Positions 13,060 through 27,091 are shown, counted from the first letter of the whole stretch. The stretch: 63,659 nucleotides of DNA, filler included, from Octopus bimaculoides (GCF_001194135.2; 3 parts of 3 records of this genome joined end to end with filler, not necessarily neighbours in it); one strand, 5' to 3'. The notes: generated by a model from the sequence alone, not told the origin. Numbers and translations: made by a program.

Positions 13060-13170
13060 TTCCAAATCCACTCGCAAATCTTTGGTCGGCCCGAGGCTAT
13101 AGGTTCCAGGCAGTGGGATTGAGCCTGGAACTATGTGACTGAGAAAAAAAGAAGCAAGGTTCTTAGCGCA
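13060..13170 (-). mobile_element. SINE family B head fragment
   Basis: CCAAATCCACTCGCAAATCTTTGGTCGGCCCGAGGCTATAG is the reverse complement of the family B head at 12738-12781. Confidence 0.7.
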
Positions 13171-13525
13171 CGTATATATATATATATATACGATGAAAGT
13201 AAACAAACGGTGTTTGCTTTAGAAGCGTTGAGATGTATTGAAAGATACATAAATGATTTATCCTGTTCATGCTATTGTATTAGAATTATCATGCGTTTGA
13301 GAATAAATTATCTAACGTTAGCGTCTTAAAAAGCTAGATTTATAAATCCCAAAATTACTGGGAAGTTTAGCTTAAAGGTAAAGCACTTGAGGCGAAATCA
13401 CAGGAATGTGAGTTCGCGTCTCATGGCTGGCTGGTAATGAATTTTTCTGCAATATATGGAGATTTTATTCTGATCATGCTATTGTATTAGCATTATCATG
13501 CGCTTGAAAATAACTTATTTCTGTA

Positions 13526-13557
<32 letters not shown>

Positions 13558-14518
13558 CNNNNNNNNNNNNNNNNNNNNNNNNNNNNNNNNNNNNNNNNNN
13601 NNNNNNNNNNNNNNNNNNNNNNNNNNNNNNNNNNNNNNNNNNNNNNNNNNNNNNNNNNNNNNNNNNNNNNNNNNNNNNNNNNNNNNNNNNNNNNNNNNNN
13701 NNNNNNNNNNNNNNNNNNNNNNNNNNNNNNNNNNNNNNNNNNNNNNNNNNNNNNNNNNNNNNNNNNNNNNNNNNNNNNNNNNNNNNNNNNNNNNNNNNNN
13801 NNNNNNNNNNNNNNNNNNNNNNNNNNNNNNNNNNNNNNNNNNNNNNNNNNNNNNNNNNNNNNNNNNNNNNNNNNNNNNNNNNNNNNNNNNNNNNNNNNNN
13901 NNNNNNNNNNNNNNNNNNNNNNNNNNNNNNNNNNNNNNNNNNNNNNNNNNNNNNNNNNNNNNNNNNNNNNNNNNNNNNNNNNNNNNNNNNNNNNNNNNNN
14001 CCCTCTCTCTATGTATGTATACATATATATATACATACACACATATAGACACATTTACATACATACGCACATACATACATAAATACATAGACACATACAT
14101 ACGTATGTATGTGTGTATGTCTCTGTTTTACTGTGCGTTGCGTGTGAGCATACATGTGTGTGTGTGAGCGTACATGTGTTTGTTTGTGAGAAATTCCCTT
14201 CCATATATACTTCTTTAAACAGAATTATTTCGACCAAATGCTTGAAATATTTACGTCATTAAAGTAATTTACATTCTAATTTTGATTAAAATTTACAGAT
14301 ATTATTTTTTAGCAAATATCTCCGCTAAAATTTATATATTTGTTTTCTCCACATATATTGATCTCTGCTACTTTTTTAATTACCCGCCGATTTTCTCCTT
14401 ACCAACACTTTTCACCAAATACCTATATAATATTTAATATTATATCTATATAATATTTAATCTTATTTTGCTTTTCATTGCGCTAACACTTCATAAACTG
14501 ACACAAAAATATTCTCTC

Positions 14519-14580
14519 CAGTAATCTAGCTAGTTTCCAAATGTCATTGTGATGACATTTGGAAACTAGCTAGATTACTG
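14519..14580. repeat. Perfect 29-bp inverted repeat with a 4-nt loop
   Basis: CAGTAATCTAGCTAGTTTCCAAATGTCAT-TGTG-ATGACATTTGGAAACTAGCTAGATTACTG. Confidence 0.95.
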
Positions 14581-14877
14581 ACTAAGAAGACCAGTTGGTT
14601 CTTGGTTTGCCATAAAGCTTTAAATCATCCATAAATAGATTATTCACTTTTTCTCCTATCCTTTCTCAGTAAGTGTCTTTCTTTAACGTTGATTAGTATG
14701 ATCTACAACGAGATCAATGCGACGGTAAACAAGATGGAAGAGAGACAGTCTTCTTGAAACATTCCTCTTATGGTCTCTATTTCAGCTAATCTTTTTCTTC
14801 TCTTGATGACAACTCTATTCACCAATTTCACATAGCATTTTCTCCTCCTCTTCCTCCACTCATCCTCCTTCTTTATC

Positions 14878-14981
<104 letters not shown>

Positions 14982-15504
14982 GAGTGAGAGAGCAGTGCAT
15001 GCCGTCAATGTGACACTGCGATTTATATATACGAAACCCAATACACCCATCATGAATACCTGTCTGATAAGGGTACAGCAAGCACATGCATCGCAAACAT
15101 ATGTGCGTGACATGGTGACCTCATAAAAAGATAAACAGCGCATGATCTTGTGGTGCCCAATTGTTATTTTTGATTTGTTTTATTTTTTTTTTCGGGTCGA
15201 GTAGCACATCCTGCTCAAAGTGTCCCTGGATAAGCTTTTGCTTAAAGATGTTTCCAGAGGTGAATTATTTAGCTACGATACTCCCACTATTATTGCCCGC
15301 GATCAGATGTGCGCATATCGTCAGCTACTAAGGGACATTCGCAGCTGGTTATGGTCGACCAACTGACAAGCAAATCTGTAGTACAAAGCAGAATATTTGT
15401 TGCTGACTATCTATTGCATTAAGACAAAAGATGTACATGTTAGCAATTGCAATCCGTTAAGATCAGAGGCCATGAGAGCCACAACCTGGGACTGCATCGG
15501 GCAT
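14982..15504. mobile_element. Probable non-autonomous retroposon embedded in (TTA)n
   Basis: About 520 bp of non-coding sequence bounded directly by TTA arrays on both sides. It resembles my recollection of a recurrent octopus repeat (unverified). Confidence 0.5.
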
Positions 15505-15505
15505 G

Positions 15506-15506
<1 letters not shown>

Positions 15507-15576
<70 letters not shown>
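15507..15576. repeat. (TTA)n microsatellite
   Basis: Direct inspection. Confidence 0.95.
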
Positions 15577-15634
15577 GGAAGTGGTTTTGCAGAATCTTCA
15601 GAGTGTTGAACAAAATCTTTAGAGTATATATTTC

Positions 15635-15790
15635 GGCACTTTATGTTCTGTCTCCAAATCTTGCCGCATTCAGCTATCCTTCGCGTCCTTTCGGGATCGA
15701 TAAATATGTAGCAGTTGAACACTGGGAAGGATGGAATCGATTTATCTCCCACCCCAAAAATTGCTGACCTTGTACCAAGTTTGAAAATAT
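15635..15790 (+). mobile_element. Degraded SINE family A copy
   Basis: TCCTTTCGGGATCGATAAA...CAGTTGAACACTGGG...AAAAATTGCTGACCTTGTACC matches the 3' half of family A. Confidence 0.6.
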
Positions 15791-17341
15791 TATGACTGTT
15801 AATTGCGAAAATACCGTATTTAGGGATGAACAGATAGGTAGTAAAATAAGCATACGTGTGTATGTGTTTAGTGATTACACACTTTCAACTTTGCTGTGAA
15901 GAGTAAACTCTATGTTAAAGCAACATATTTGAAGAAAAGCAAATGATACACAATACTTTCAATATTTCTCCTGGTTCATCAAAGAGCGATTTCTTGTTCT
16001 TTTTTAGAGAGATGTAGGAATTTACTGGAACGTGACTTTAGTTGACGTGCGTTTTTGCCTTGCTATGAAAGAGGATAATCCGATTGAAAATATTTTCTTC
16101 TCTTTTTAACAGTAAATGGAAACTAGTAAAAATTTTGTATATAGTAACGTTGAATTTGTCTGTCTTGCGACAGTAAAGTTAAAGTCAAAGAAACTTTAGT
16201 ATACATTTCACCAATGTTTACCCAAAACGTAAGGAAGTAATACACTTTTTTCTAACTCTTACATCGTTAGAGTAGATCAGTTTAGTAGGCTATCATGTTC
16301 TGTGTTGTCCCTAAATTAAGACTTTATTTCTCACGAATGCTGATAAAATTCAGATCGATTTGCTCTTTCGGCACACACAGAGAAAAAGTACGGTGGTGGG
16401 AAACTCTCAAAAGAACTGAAGAGTCGTTCTTCAGAAAAGAAACTGTCCCCAGGCAAATATTTCGACCCTTAACTTCTTACACTCTAAGGGTCCTGGCCGC
16501 ATCCAGGTCCTGACTCCTGTGTGATTTTTGCTGACACTTTTTAGCCACTTAGATATCAGAGACTTGTGAATTTAACCTGCCTGGAGATTGTATATTGTTG
16601 TAACTCCTCACAGTTGACTCAGCTTTCAAACATATTAAAGAAGAAATACTACGGCACAAGGAGTTGATGATTTCTGGCTGTTTGTATCCCGATTCAAAAG
16701 TGTGTTTAGTAACCGCCCCTAGCCCTGTAAATCGAACTAATCCCTCTCTATATTCTGTGTGTGTGTGTGTGTGCTTATATACTATATATCAATATTAATA
16801 GACAGACAGGCAGAAAAACTGAAAATGTATTACTAGACCTGAATATGTATTACTTTAGTGTGTATGCGTTTATTATTCGTGTCTGTATATATGAATGTAT
16901 GTGTATACATACATACATATATACGTGCTTATGTGTATATGTGTGTGCAAGTGTATGTGCGTAACTTTATGCATCAACGCACGTTTGAATATGATGAGGA
17001 TGTGGAGCTAGTTCATCGCAAATGAATGTATTAACATTTAAACTGTTGATCTTCAATGGAAAATACTTCTCCGTTTTGCCACTTACTGCAAGCTGATATT
17101 TAGTAATATGTTTGTGTAAGATCATTTATCTATCCGAATTGCTGCATATATGGTTTAGTCCCATGTGGTTTCGGATTTAATACTGTTATGCTTCAGTGAA
17201 GCGTAGTCCTTGCTAAATATCCTAATTAAGCCATGCAGATGCTCATATTAGAGAAGCAAAGAGACACTGTTGCAGTTTTCTTTCACATTAGCTGCACCAC
17301 GAAGCCGCCCCCCGTGTGACTCGTGTTCATTAACTTTACTA

Positions 17342-17397
<56 letters not shown>

Positions 17398-20000
17398 ACT
17401 ATGGTATTTATGAGAGAATGCTAGAAGCCTCTCTGTCCTAAAGTCAGACGTTCGAGCTTATTAAACAAAAATCTGTTATGAGTTATTATGACCTTTCTTG
17501 ACTAGACTCAAGGTCAATAATTGGCAATGTGCCGAGTATCATTAACATCGAGAGAGCGATACATGATATGCAGCCGTCACGAGGCAATGTTGTATTATAT
17601 TATATCCAGTTCGATAACATATCGATCATCATTTAAATCCCGCTGGTTTTGCCTTCAACCACTCTTCTCTGGAGTATTGATACTGGGGTTAATTCACTGT
17701 TTCTAACATTGATATTACGTCTAGTAAAAAATAAATTTTCGAATTTTACTGTCTACTTATGTATATCGCCTTATACTTCAACAACATCACACGATTTTCT
17801 CTTAAAGTAGTAAACTTACCCAAATAACTTTGACGGGATGATAATCATTGGTGGTGATGGTGGTAGTGGGGATTAAGGTGGGGGTGACGATGATGAAAAA
17901 GATGACAATGATGACGGTCATCATTGAACAGCAATACACGCTAAGTTATGCAAATGTTTTTCGTACAAGTAACAGTGTAGCAGCCTTGATATCTTCTTTG
18001 CCCTGTAAGGTGAGTTATTCTTCTGTAAAACGTGCTTTTAATAGTTACTTTTCTCAGTTATATAGTCACTTTTTCTAACCAGAAGCAGAAGTCCATGACC
18101 CATAACAGAAACTGATGAGAAGGAAGACAGTAGTTATCTTCAGCTCGAAAACCTCACCTGAAAACTCATTTAAAGTGGACTCAGTATGCCAGGTGGGGTT
18201 GTTAAACTGAAAGACAATCGAAACTACCAATAAAATTGACCAGGGCAGGACTTGAAGTCAGAGCGCAATATTTCCGAAGCAATATCGCAAAGTATTCGGT
18301 TCGATGTTCTTACATTTTCGCCATATTCCACCTCAGACTGATAGTTTTAGTTTGCTTGTTTACTTGTTTGCTTGTTTGTTAGTTTTTTACTGACTCCGAA
18401 AAGATAAAACCAAACTTGACCCAATGAGATTTGAATTAGGATCATAGGGTGCTGGAACAAAGATTGCAGAGCATCGGGGGTCGAAGCAAAGATTGCGAAA
18501 CATTCTGTCCGTTCTAACCTTTCTGCTTATCCACCACCTAATTAGATGTACATTGCGTACATATGGGGTGTGTTTTTATGCACGGCTTTCCTTAAAGAAA
18601 ACATTCATACGCTTCTTACGTGTGACATCTAAAACCCGTGACATTAGCACTAAAATATAAAGTAGAAGTGTTCTGAGAATATACTGGGATTCCAAATAAC
18701 TAGCATCTAAATCGTGATTAACACTCAACAAGCTAGTTATCAGCAACTAACATGTAGCACCTATTACGCTGGCAACATGGAGTTATTGTTTATATAGACG
18801 TTGCCTCTTCTGTTTCATCGAAGAACACCGCTAGATTTAGTTGCCATTCTATACAATTCAGGCGAGAATTTTAACTAACGATGAATCTGAGCACTTAATA
18901 CACGGCTTACACATACACAAGCACAATTATTCTTGTGCATGCGCACCCGCAGATAATATATAAGTCGAGAGGGAAATAAACTGCTAGAGACGCACACACA
19001 GACACGTGAGCGCATACACACACATACACACACATATATATACATTAAGAAAGATGTGGTAGTCAGAATTTTAGATAATTATTTATTTAGCACTTTCAAC
19101 TCGTTTCAGAGATTCATCTGAAATGGATTTTTTTACAGAATATTTATGCCTTTTATATGTATGTGAGTTTGTTGAAAAAATCTGGAGTTGAATTGGGAAG
19201 AGAATCTTCTATGTTATTTTGAATTCATATGTGTGTATGTGCGTGCGCGCATGCGTATGTATGTGTGTCAGTAACTAGTGTAAGTATATGTGTATGTATG
19301 TGATGAATTTTTGGAGGCTTGGTTAGAAAGAAAAAAGGATAAAAGAAAGGAAAGAAGAGTGAAAGAAAAATAGAAAGACAGGAAGAAAAAAAATCAAACA
19401 TACAAAAGAGAAAGAGAAAAGAAAGAAGAAAGAAAAAATAAAAGGGATTCTTTTCCTAGAATGGGTGAAATTGCATGGTATTTTGGGATCAGTTGCCATG
19501 CGACCCAGCTGTAGGAAGAGGTCGTTTTCTTTGAGATGGTTAAAATTGATGACAGTTCTAGAGGTCAATTTTCTTTTAGGCATTGTATATTTTTTGTTAG
19601 TTCTCATGTTATCCAGCTCTACAAAATAAAATCTACCATATTGGTTTTCGAAGGATATTAAATGTGTGCGCGTGTGTGTAGGCGTGTGTGTGTGTGTAGG
19701 TGTGTGTATTTGTATGTAAGTATATATGTATATGTGTATATATATATGTGTGTATATATATTTGTATATATATATATATACATANNNNNNNNNNNNNNNN
19801 NNNNNNNNNNNNNNNNNNNNNNNNNNNNNNNNNNNNNNNNNNNNNNNNNNNNNNNNNNNNNNNNNNNNNNNNNNNNNNNNNNNNNNNNNNNNNNNNNNNN
19901 NNNNNNNNNNNNNNNNNNNNNNNNNNNNNNTATACACACATACATACATGCATGCATGCATACATACATAATGCATACATACATACATAAATCTATATAT

Positions 20001-20150
20001 AGTCACAAGCGTGGCAGTGTTGTAATAAATTTGATTCCCAAGTACATGGTAACGGGTTCAGCCCCACGTCCCACAACTATAACCAAGGGCCAACCAAAGC
20101 TTTCTGAATGGATTTGGTTGACGGAAACTGAATATAGCCAGTCGTATACG
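20001..20150 (+). mobile_element. SINE family B head fragment
   Basis: GCGTGGCAGTGTTGTAA...ACATGGTAACGGGTTCAG...GGATTTGGTTGACGGAAACTGAA. Confidence 0.7.
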
Positions 20151-20177
20151 CACACACAGACAAATACGGATACATGT

Positions 20178-20232
<55 letters not shown>

Positions 20233-20276
20233 CATACATACATACATACATACATACGTACATACATACATACATA
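20178..20276. repeat. (GATA)n(CATA)n compound microsatellite
   Basis: Direct inspection. Confidence 0.95.
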
Positions 20277-20865
20277 GACTGAGTATTGGGATATTAGTGA
20301 ACGTTACGTAAAACATATTAAATTCAACCCTCACTGACAAATGTATTGATGTAACACTAAAGATTTGCAACTTTCCTATTAGCTTTCTTATTTTGCATCC
20401 CTACCATTAGTATTTGGCACATATCAACTTCCCATGTGTTTTCCACCTGTCTTTTATTACCTCGCAGCACTTTGGGTGTATCAATAATTTTCACTTTTGT
20501 TTTTATCTACTTTTCTTTCACTACCGGGACCTATCACTTAACTATAGGTGAACTGTGCCACAGTTAGACGCAGCAATTCTAAATATGAGATGGTTTGGAT
20601 TTTGATATCAGTAATATATAATAGTTCGAGCGTTTCTTTTTACTATCTTATTTTATTTCATTTTTTTATATTTTCTTTCCAAAAATTTGTTTTCTGTCTC
20701 ACGCTACAATCCCGAAAAAGTGAAATTCTTAAAGTCGATAAAATAATATCCAGCTGCACAATGTGTCTATATTGTACATTATACTTGCATACGTAAATAC
20801 ATACATACATACATGTGTGTATGTTTTTGTGTGTGTGTGTAATGTGTATTTATGTTGTATGTATG

Positions 20866-20918
<53 letters not shown>

Positions 20919-21089
20919 NNNNNNNNNNNNNNNNNNNNNNNNNNNNNNNNNNNNNNNNNNNNNNNNNNNNNNNNNNNNNNNNNNNNNNNNNNNNNNNNNN
21001 NNNNNNNNNNNNNNNNNNNNNNNNNNNNNNNNNNNNNNNNNNNNNNNNNNNNTGTGTGTATATATACATACATACATATATATATATAT

Positions 21090-21133
<44 letters not shown>

Positions 21134-21864
21134 GGTGATAAATTGAATATTAATTCAGTTTAAAACCAAATGGCCTAGCATATAAAATTTCTAGCATATA
21201 AATAAATAAATAAATATATATATATATATATATATATACGGATATATATGTAAACACAGGCATGTACATGTACATGCGTGTTTGCGTATCTATACATATT
21301 ATAATGGGATTCATTGGAGATTTGTCTTGCGACTCGAGTTTCGCGTGAATGCGAGCTTCAGTTCTCACCTGGAGATCACAGTGACCTGAAACGTGTAATT
21401 CGATATTGCGTTACAATAAATAGCCATATCTTCTACAACACACACACACACACACACACACACANNNNNNNNNNNNNNNNNNNNNNNNNNNNNNNNNNNN
21501 NNNNNNNNNNNNNNNNNNNNNNNNNNNNNNNNNNNNNNNNNNNNNNNNNNNNNNNNNNNNNNNNNNNNNNNNNNNNNNNNNNNNNNNNNNNNNNNNNNNN
21601 NNNNNNNNNNNNNNNNNNNNNNNNNNNNNNNNNNNNNNNNNNNNNNNNNNNNNNNNNNNNNNNNNNNNNNNNNNNNNNNNNNNNNNNNNNNNNNNNNNNN
21701 NNNNNNNNNNNNNNNNNNNNNNNNNNNNNNNNNNNNNNNNNNNNNNNNNNNNNNNNNNNNNNNNNNNNNNNNNNNNNNNNNNNNNNNNNNNNNNNNNNNN
21801 NNNNNNNNNNNNNNNNNNNNNNNNNNNNNNNNNNNNNNNNNNNNNNNNNNNNNNNNNNNNNNNN

Positions 21865-21903
<39 letters not shown>

Positions 21904-22909
21904 CAAAGGGAGAAATAGTTGTTATGTAATTCAACCATGTCCCAGCTGGAGGTTAGCGAATTTCTGATGTTGAAGAGCTGATAAATACAACCTAGGAAGG
22001 GAATCGCGTGAGAAAACACAGTTCATTCATAAATATAATCCAATTTATCGAAGGTTCTCGGGTTTTGCACTCTTCATGGCGGCCAAAATTATTGATACGA
22101 ATTATCGTGAATGTTGTTACAATTCTTGCTGACGCAATCACCTTTTTAGGGTGGATTACTTATTTCCCCTTATCATTAAATATACCTCATACGATATACG
22201 TGATATAGGTTTCTTATGAAGTGACGGGGCTTGACCTCTGCATTTCAAGATTTCTTCACACGATATTATATAAATTAAGTTTGACGTTGCTTAGTTAATT
22301 TCATGTGAGCAAAGTGAATGTGATAAAATCAGTTCCGTTGTTAGTCAGAAGTTTGCAAAATGTATAAAAATAGCAATGTTTCGTATACATTTCTGTAACA
22401 CATTAGTTACAACATCTATTTTGATTGATAACCTTATCAAGTTTATAATATGCACCACAAACACTATAATCAAGCTCATTGTGCAGCTGACTGTTAGTTT
22501 ATCGACCCTGAGAATTTCACTTGTTTGAGATTTTAAACTTTGTTATGTGAGACATGAAACTAAATTGTTTAAAAAAAATGCACTAGTATTCTTTTATACA
22601 GCTTTTGTCAAAATTCTTATTCTCATACTAAGCTTTGTGTGTGCGTGTGTGTGCCTGTCTGCCTGTATGTATGTGTGTGTGTGCGTGCGAGATATATTAG
22701 GTAAATGTTGAAAGTTACCCCTAAGTTTCCCTTGCTCGCCTTCGTTAGACCGTCTGTCGAATACGAGCATGACGATAATTCGAAGTCACTCTCAACATTT
22801 ATAAATATTTGATAAGCATTTAACTCTATGAAACATTATTGAGTAACGCTTCAATTTATCACTAAATTGCTTTTACATATAATTAGGCATAAAACCAAAC
22901 ATTATATAG

Positions 22910-22921
22910 GTGTGTGCGTGC

Positions 22922-23010
<89 letters not shown>
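22910..23010. repeat. (GT)n microsatellite
   Basis: Direct inspection. Confidence 0.95.
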
Positions 23011-23012
<2 letters not shown>

Positions 23013-23739
23013 CGGCTGCCATGAATAAGAATATATTAGTCAACATTATCTCCGATATAAAATGACGAAATTACCATGGCTGGTACACCATTAGTCATAT
23101 GGTTTGTCGGGGACTAAACAACAACAAGTAATATTCTATGCGATACTGAGATATCGAAATTAACGAAGCAGTGACGAGAACCGAAAAGGAAGCTTCGAAG
23201 GTACCTAATTCGGCGCTCCTCTTATTTGAGTTATATTTTATGTTGATTCCTATTTTTCAGGGATCAATGAAAAAAACAAACTCCGAATATAATCGAAAAA
23301 TTCAGAGGAAAGAAAGAAACATTGAATCGAATTCATTGTTTCATACTTTTGAAGCCAAGCCCTGCTAGAGTTGTTTATTTCTTTCATCTTTCTGACAAAA
23401 ACCAATAAAATATATTCCAATAACGATATTAAGGTCGATTCAATCAACTTTTCATGCTTTTCGTCCGCAAGAAACAAACATGGATCTAAGAATCTAAGTA
23501 CAAAATCATTGGCTTGAGTAAGAATCAAGTTGAATTTTAGTATATGCCTTTAATGATGGTACTCTTTGAGTTCAAACTTTGTATAAAGAGAACCGTAACA
23601 TTAGAGTTAAAATGCATTACATACCAGTAATAAACGAAGATCTAGCAGATATTTGGGCAAGGACAAAACAACCATTTAATTTGGTGAAGGTTTGAAAACT
23701 TGTCAAGAAATAAAAATGACACATATGAAGTATTTTTTA

Positions 23740-24435
23740 TGGATCTTGCTAATATTTGGAGACAGCAAAAAGAGGACAGTCGCAAACTGATTACCCTCAA
23801 GCAGGAGGTAAAAGCTGTCAGTGAAAAACTCCGAGAAGAGAATAACCGACAGAAGCACAACAAGCAAAAACTTTAACCGCAACCAGGCAGCAGTATACAG
23901 AGACATAAAAGGAGGAGTAGTAAACATCACGGAAGTTCCTTCACGAGAAGACATAGACTCCTTCTGGAGGTAAATTTGCAGTGAAGGGAAGGAGTTTAAC
24001 CAAGATGTTCTGTGGCTGGAAGAAATCCGAAAAAGTTAATGAGCCTGCGTTAAATCCACGACATACAATATCGTTGGTGAAACTCTTGCAACTGTGATCC
24101 AGAAACTCCAGGATGGAAAATCACCTAGAAGAGAATTTATTGTTGGATATTGGTACAAGAAGCTAACATTCTACCGACCATATCTTATCAATCTGTACCA
24201 GCAAGCTTTCATTGGGAACAGTAGTATATCACACTGGTTGACTCTGGCAGAGACAAAATTGATCCCCAAATGCAGAACCACCCACATGGCAAAACACTAC
24301 CGGCCAATTGCATGCCAGAACTTAATGTATAAGGTATATACAACATGTTTAAACCTCTTCCTCCAGGACCATTGTGAAACCAATAACATTATTACAGCAG
24401 AACAACCAGCTGGGAAGAAAGGAGTCTGGGGATGT
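23740..24435 (+). pseudogene. R4/Dong-clade LINE fragment (pre-RT region and RT N-terminus)
   Basis: Translates with stops and frameshifts as ...FNRNQAAVYRDIK...EVPSREDIDSFW...KSPRREFIVGYWYKKL...TKLIPK...HYRPIACQNLMYKVYT...EQPAGKKGVWGC, the R4-type KSPG/YRPI/EQ-GxKKG motif series. Confidence 0.8.
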
Positions 24436-24469
24436 ATGTATGTATGTAAGTATGTATGTATCTTTTCAT

Positions 24470-24742
24470 GAGTTCGAAAACTGGCGGTGAGTTGTGTTCG
24501 GGAGCAAGACACTTTATTTCACGTTGCTCCAATCCACCCAGCTGGCAAAAATGAGTAGTACCTGCATTTCAAAGAGGTAGCTTTGTCACATTCAGTGCCA
24601 CGTTGAATCACCCTAAGAACTACTTTAAGGGTATACGTGTCTGTTGAGTGCGCAGCTACTTGTACGTTAAATGCACAGGCAGGCTGTTCCATTGATCGGA
24701 TGAACCGGAACCCCTGTCGTCGTAACCGACAGAGGGCCAGTC
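24470..24742 (+). mobile_element. SINE family C body
   Basis: Core GAGCAAGACACTTTATTTCACGTTGCTC shared with 42211-42445 (minus) and 57198-57320. Confidence 0.65.
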
Positions 24743-24754
24743 CATATACATGTA

Positions 24755-25913
24755 TTGGATTGGCAACTAAGTTCCCGCCGTTTTTTAAATTTAAACTTTT
24801 TAAAAGGTTTAATAAAAAAACAACTAATTAATCAATAACGTATTCACCCTTGTTGTTTACAACTTCTTCCCAACGTTCAACAAGATTTCCAATACCTCGT
24901 TGGTAGAAATCACTCGATTTCGACTCGAAACATTGATCCAACCAAGCTCTCAATTCTGCATCAGTATTGAACCAAACTCCGTGCATAGCATTTGAAAGAG
25001 CGGGTGTGGCAGCACTTCCAGCCATGCGTTTGAATGGCTTCCTTGGTCATATTGGTGATATGAAGGCGGTCGTTGTCGTGCCGCAGAGAACTCCATGCTG
25101 CCGATTAGGTCTTTTTTCGTGAATAGCCGTGTTGAGTCGTTCTATCTGTTGAACATAGAGTTCCGCATTGACTGTTTGGTTCAAGCAATTCCTAATGGAT
25201 AATCCCTTCCCAGTCTTACCATACGCACAACATCGTTTTACGCGGATGAAGATCTTGTTTCACGCGTGGTGTCGCTTGTTTATCGGGGCTAAGCCATTCC
25301 TTACGCTGTACAGGCACCACTTTTCGTCGCCAGTAACGATTCGGTAAAGAAATCATTGTTTGTGTCCATGAGTTGAGCGGTGACGAGCAAGCAAACCAGC
25401 GGAGATTGTGGCTCGTTGATTTTTGTTGTTGTCATTTAAAGCATGCGGAACCCATGCTCCATATTTCTGAATCTTTCCCATCGAGGGAAGATGCTTCTCT
25501 ATAGCAGTGTGGGAGCATTCCATTTTCTCTGTCAGTTCCCTNNNNNNNNNNNNNNNNNNNNNNNNNNNNNNNNNNNNNNNNNNNNNNNNNNNNNNNNNNN
25601 NNNNNNNNNNNNNNNNNNNNNNNNNNNNNNNNNNNNNNNNNNNNNNNNNNNNNNNNNNNNNNNNNNNNNNNNNNNNNNNNNNNNNNNNNNNNNNNNNNNN
25701 NNNNNNNNNNNNNNNNNNNNNNNNNNNNNNNNNNNNNNNNNNNNNNNNNNNNNGTAACATTCCATTTTAATGATCTGAAAATAAACAAAAATTAACTAAA
25801 TGGTTCCAAAATGATTCAAAAATAGAATTCTCGAAAAAAATAGATTCCAAAATTTAAAAACGCAATAAATTCCAAAGTTTAAGAAAAAGGCAGGAACTTA
25901 GTTGCCAACCCAC
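24755..25913 (-). mobile_element. mariner (DD34D) element, decayed, spanning an N-gap
   Basis: TIRs TTGG(A/G)TTGGCAACTAAGTTCC(C/T)GCC at both ends; TA flank at the left end. Confidence 0.9.
24828..25765 (-). pseudogene. mariner transposase pseudogene
   Basis: WVPHAL, IVTGDEKW, HDNDRLH (from HDNARPH) and C-terminal FYQRGIGNLVERWEEVVNNKGEY. It has stops and frameshifts, and the YSPDLAP/third-Asp segment is deleted. Confidence 0.9.
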
Positions 25914-25940
25914 CACACACACACATAGACACAACACACA

Positions 25941-26129
25941 AGAGAGGGCTGAAAAGCTCCAGCCTTTAGGTAAAAGAAAATACCAGAGTATCAGTTAATT
26001 ATTATTTTATTCAACATAGTCCCTTCTAAAATTCACTCACTTATTGCAGCGATCCTTCGGGTTTTCTCGGACCTCGGAAGGTTGGGCCTCCATCCAGGCC
26101 TTTCGCGTTACTCTTAAAGCCTGGAATTT
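25941..26129 (-). mobile_element. mariner-derived MITE
   Basis: Partial inverted ends (AAGCTCCAGCCTTTA / TAAAGCCTGGAATTT). The minus strand retains a mariner C-terminal relic, RCNK*VNFRRDYVE*. Confidence 0.5.
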
Positions 26130-26455
26130 AGTATATACATATTTCCAAATTTATATATATATATATATTATTAATATTTAACAAAAGCAACACTGTGACT
26201 TCAGGCCCGAAAGTTTCGTGTGTTATCAAATTAGTTACAAATCAATTGGCTATCTATATATACCAGTGATAAAGGCATTTTCCTAGATAACTCTGGAACA
26301 AATTATAAAACAATTTTAATGTCACGTGGATAGTTCCTATTTTTCAAATAGTTTTCTCGTTACGCCGTTTAATAAATGAATGCACAAATAAAATTTGTGC
26401 TATCTTACACATAAATGAGAGTGCCGCTGAATATAGATACAGTATGTAAATACGC

Positions 26456-26488
<33 letters not shown>

Positions 26489-26932
26489 TACACGCTCGTA
26501 CATGCATCATTATGGATTCACACACGCACAAATGCACACACACACACGCGCACATACATACACACATGCATAGATGTGTCTAGCAAAACAAGAGTATATA
26601 CACATAGGTGCATAAGTGTACCCAAATACACGTACATACACGTATTCGAAAAATATGAATTACCCGTGACATTGTTATTGTTTCTAAATATATTTTGCAG
26701 TTAGTCTACGTTTGTATTTGTTCAAATGAGTTTACAAAACATCGTTAAATTGCATGTTTATTTTCTTAAGAAAATATTCCTTTTTCTTAGCAATTGTATC
26801 ACATGGAGTACAGTATATTAATAGTATTTACGTGCATTTAAACAATAAACGCACACATACACTCGTGCACGCAAACACATACACGCACACACATATATAT
26901 ATTCATATATATATATGTATGTACATACATAC

Positions 26933-26966
<34 letters not shown>

Positions 26967-26977
26967 AAGAAAGAGAG

Positions 26978-26982
<5 letters not shown>

Positions 26983-27026
<44 letters not shown>

Positions 27027-27091
27027 CAAAAATACATACATACATACATACATACATACATACATACATACATACATACATACATACATAG
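26983..27091. repeat. (GATA)n and (CATA)n microsatellites
   Basis: Direct inspection. Confidence 0.9.
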
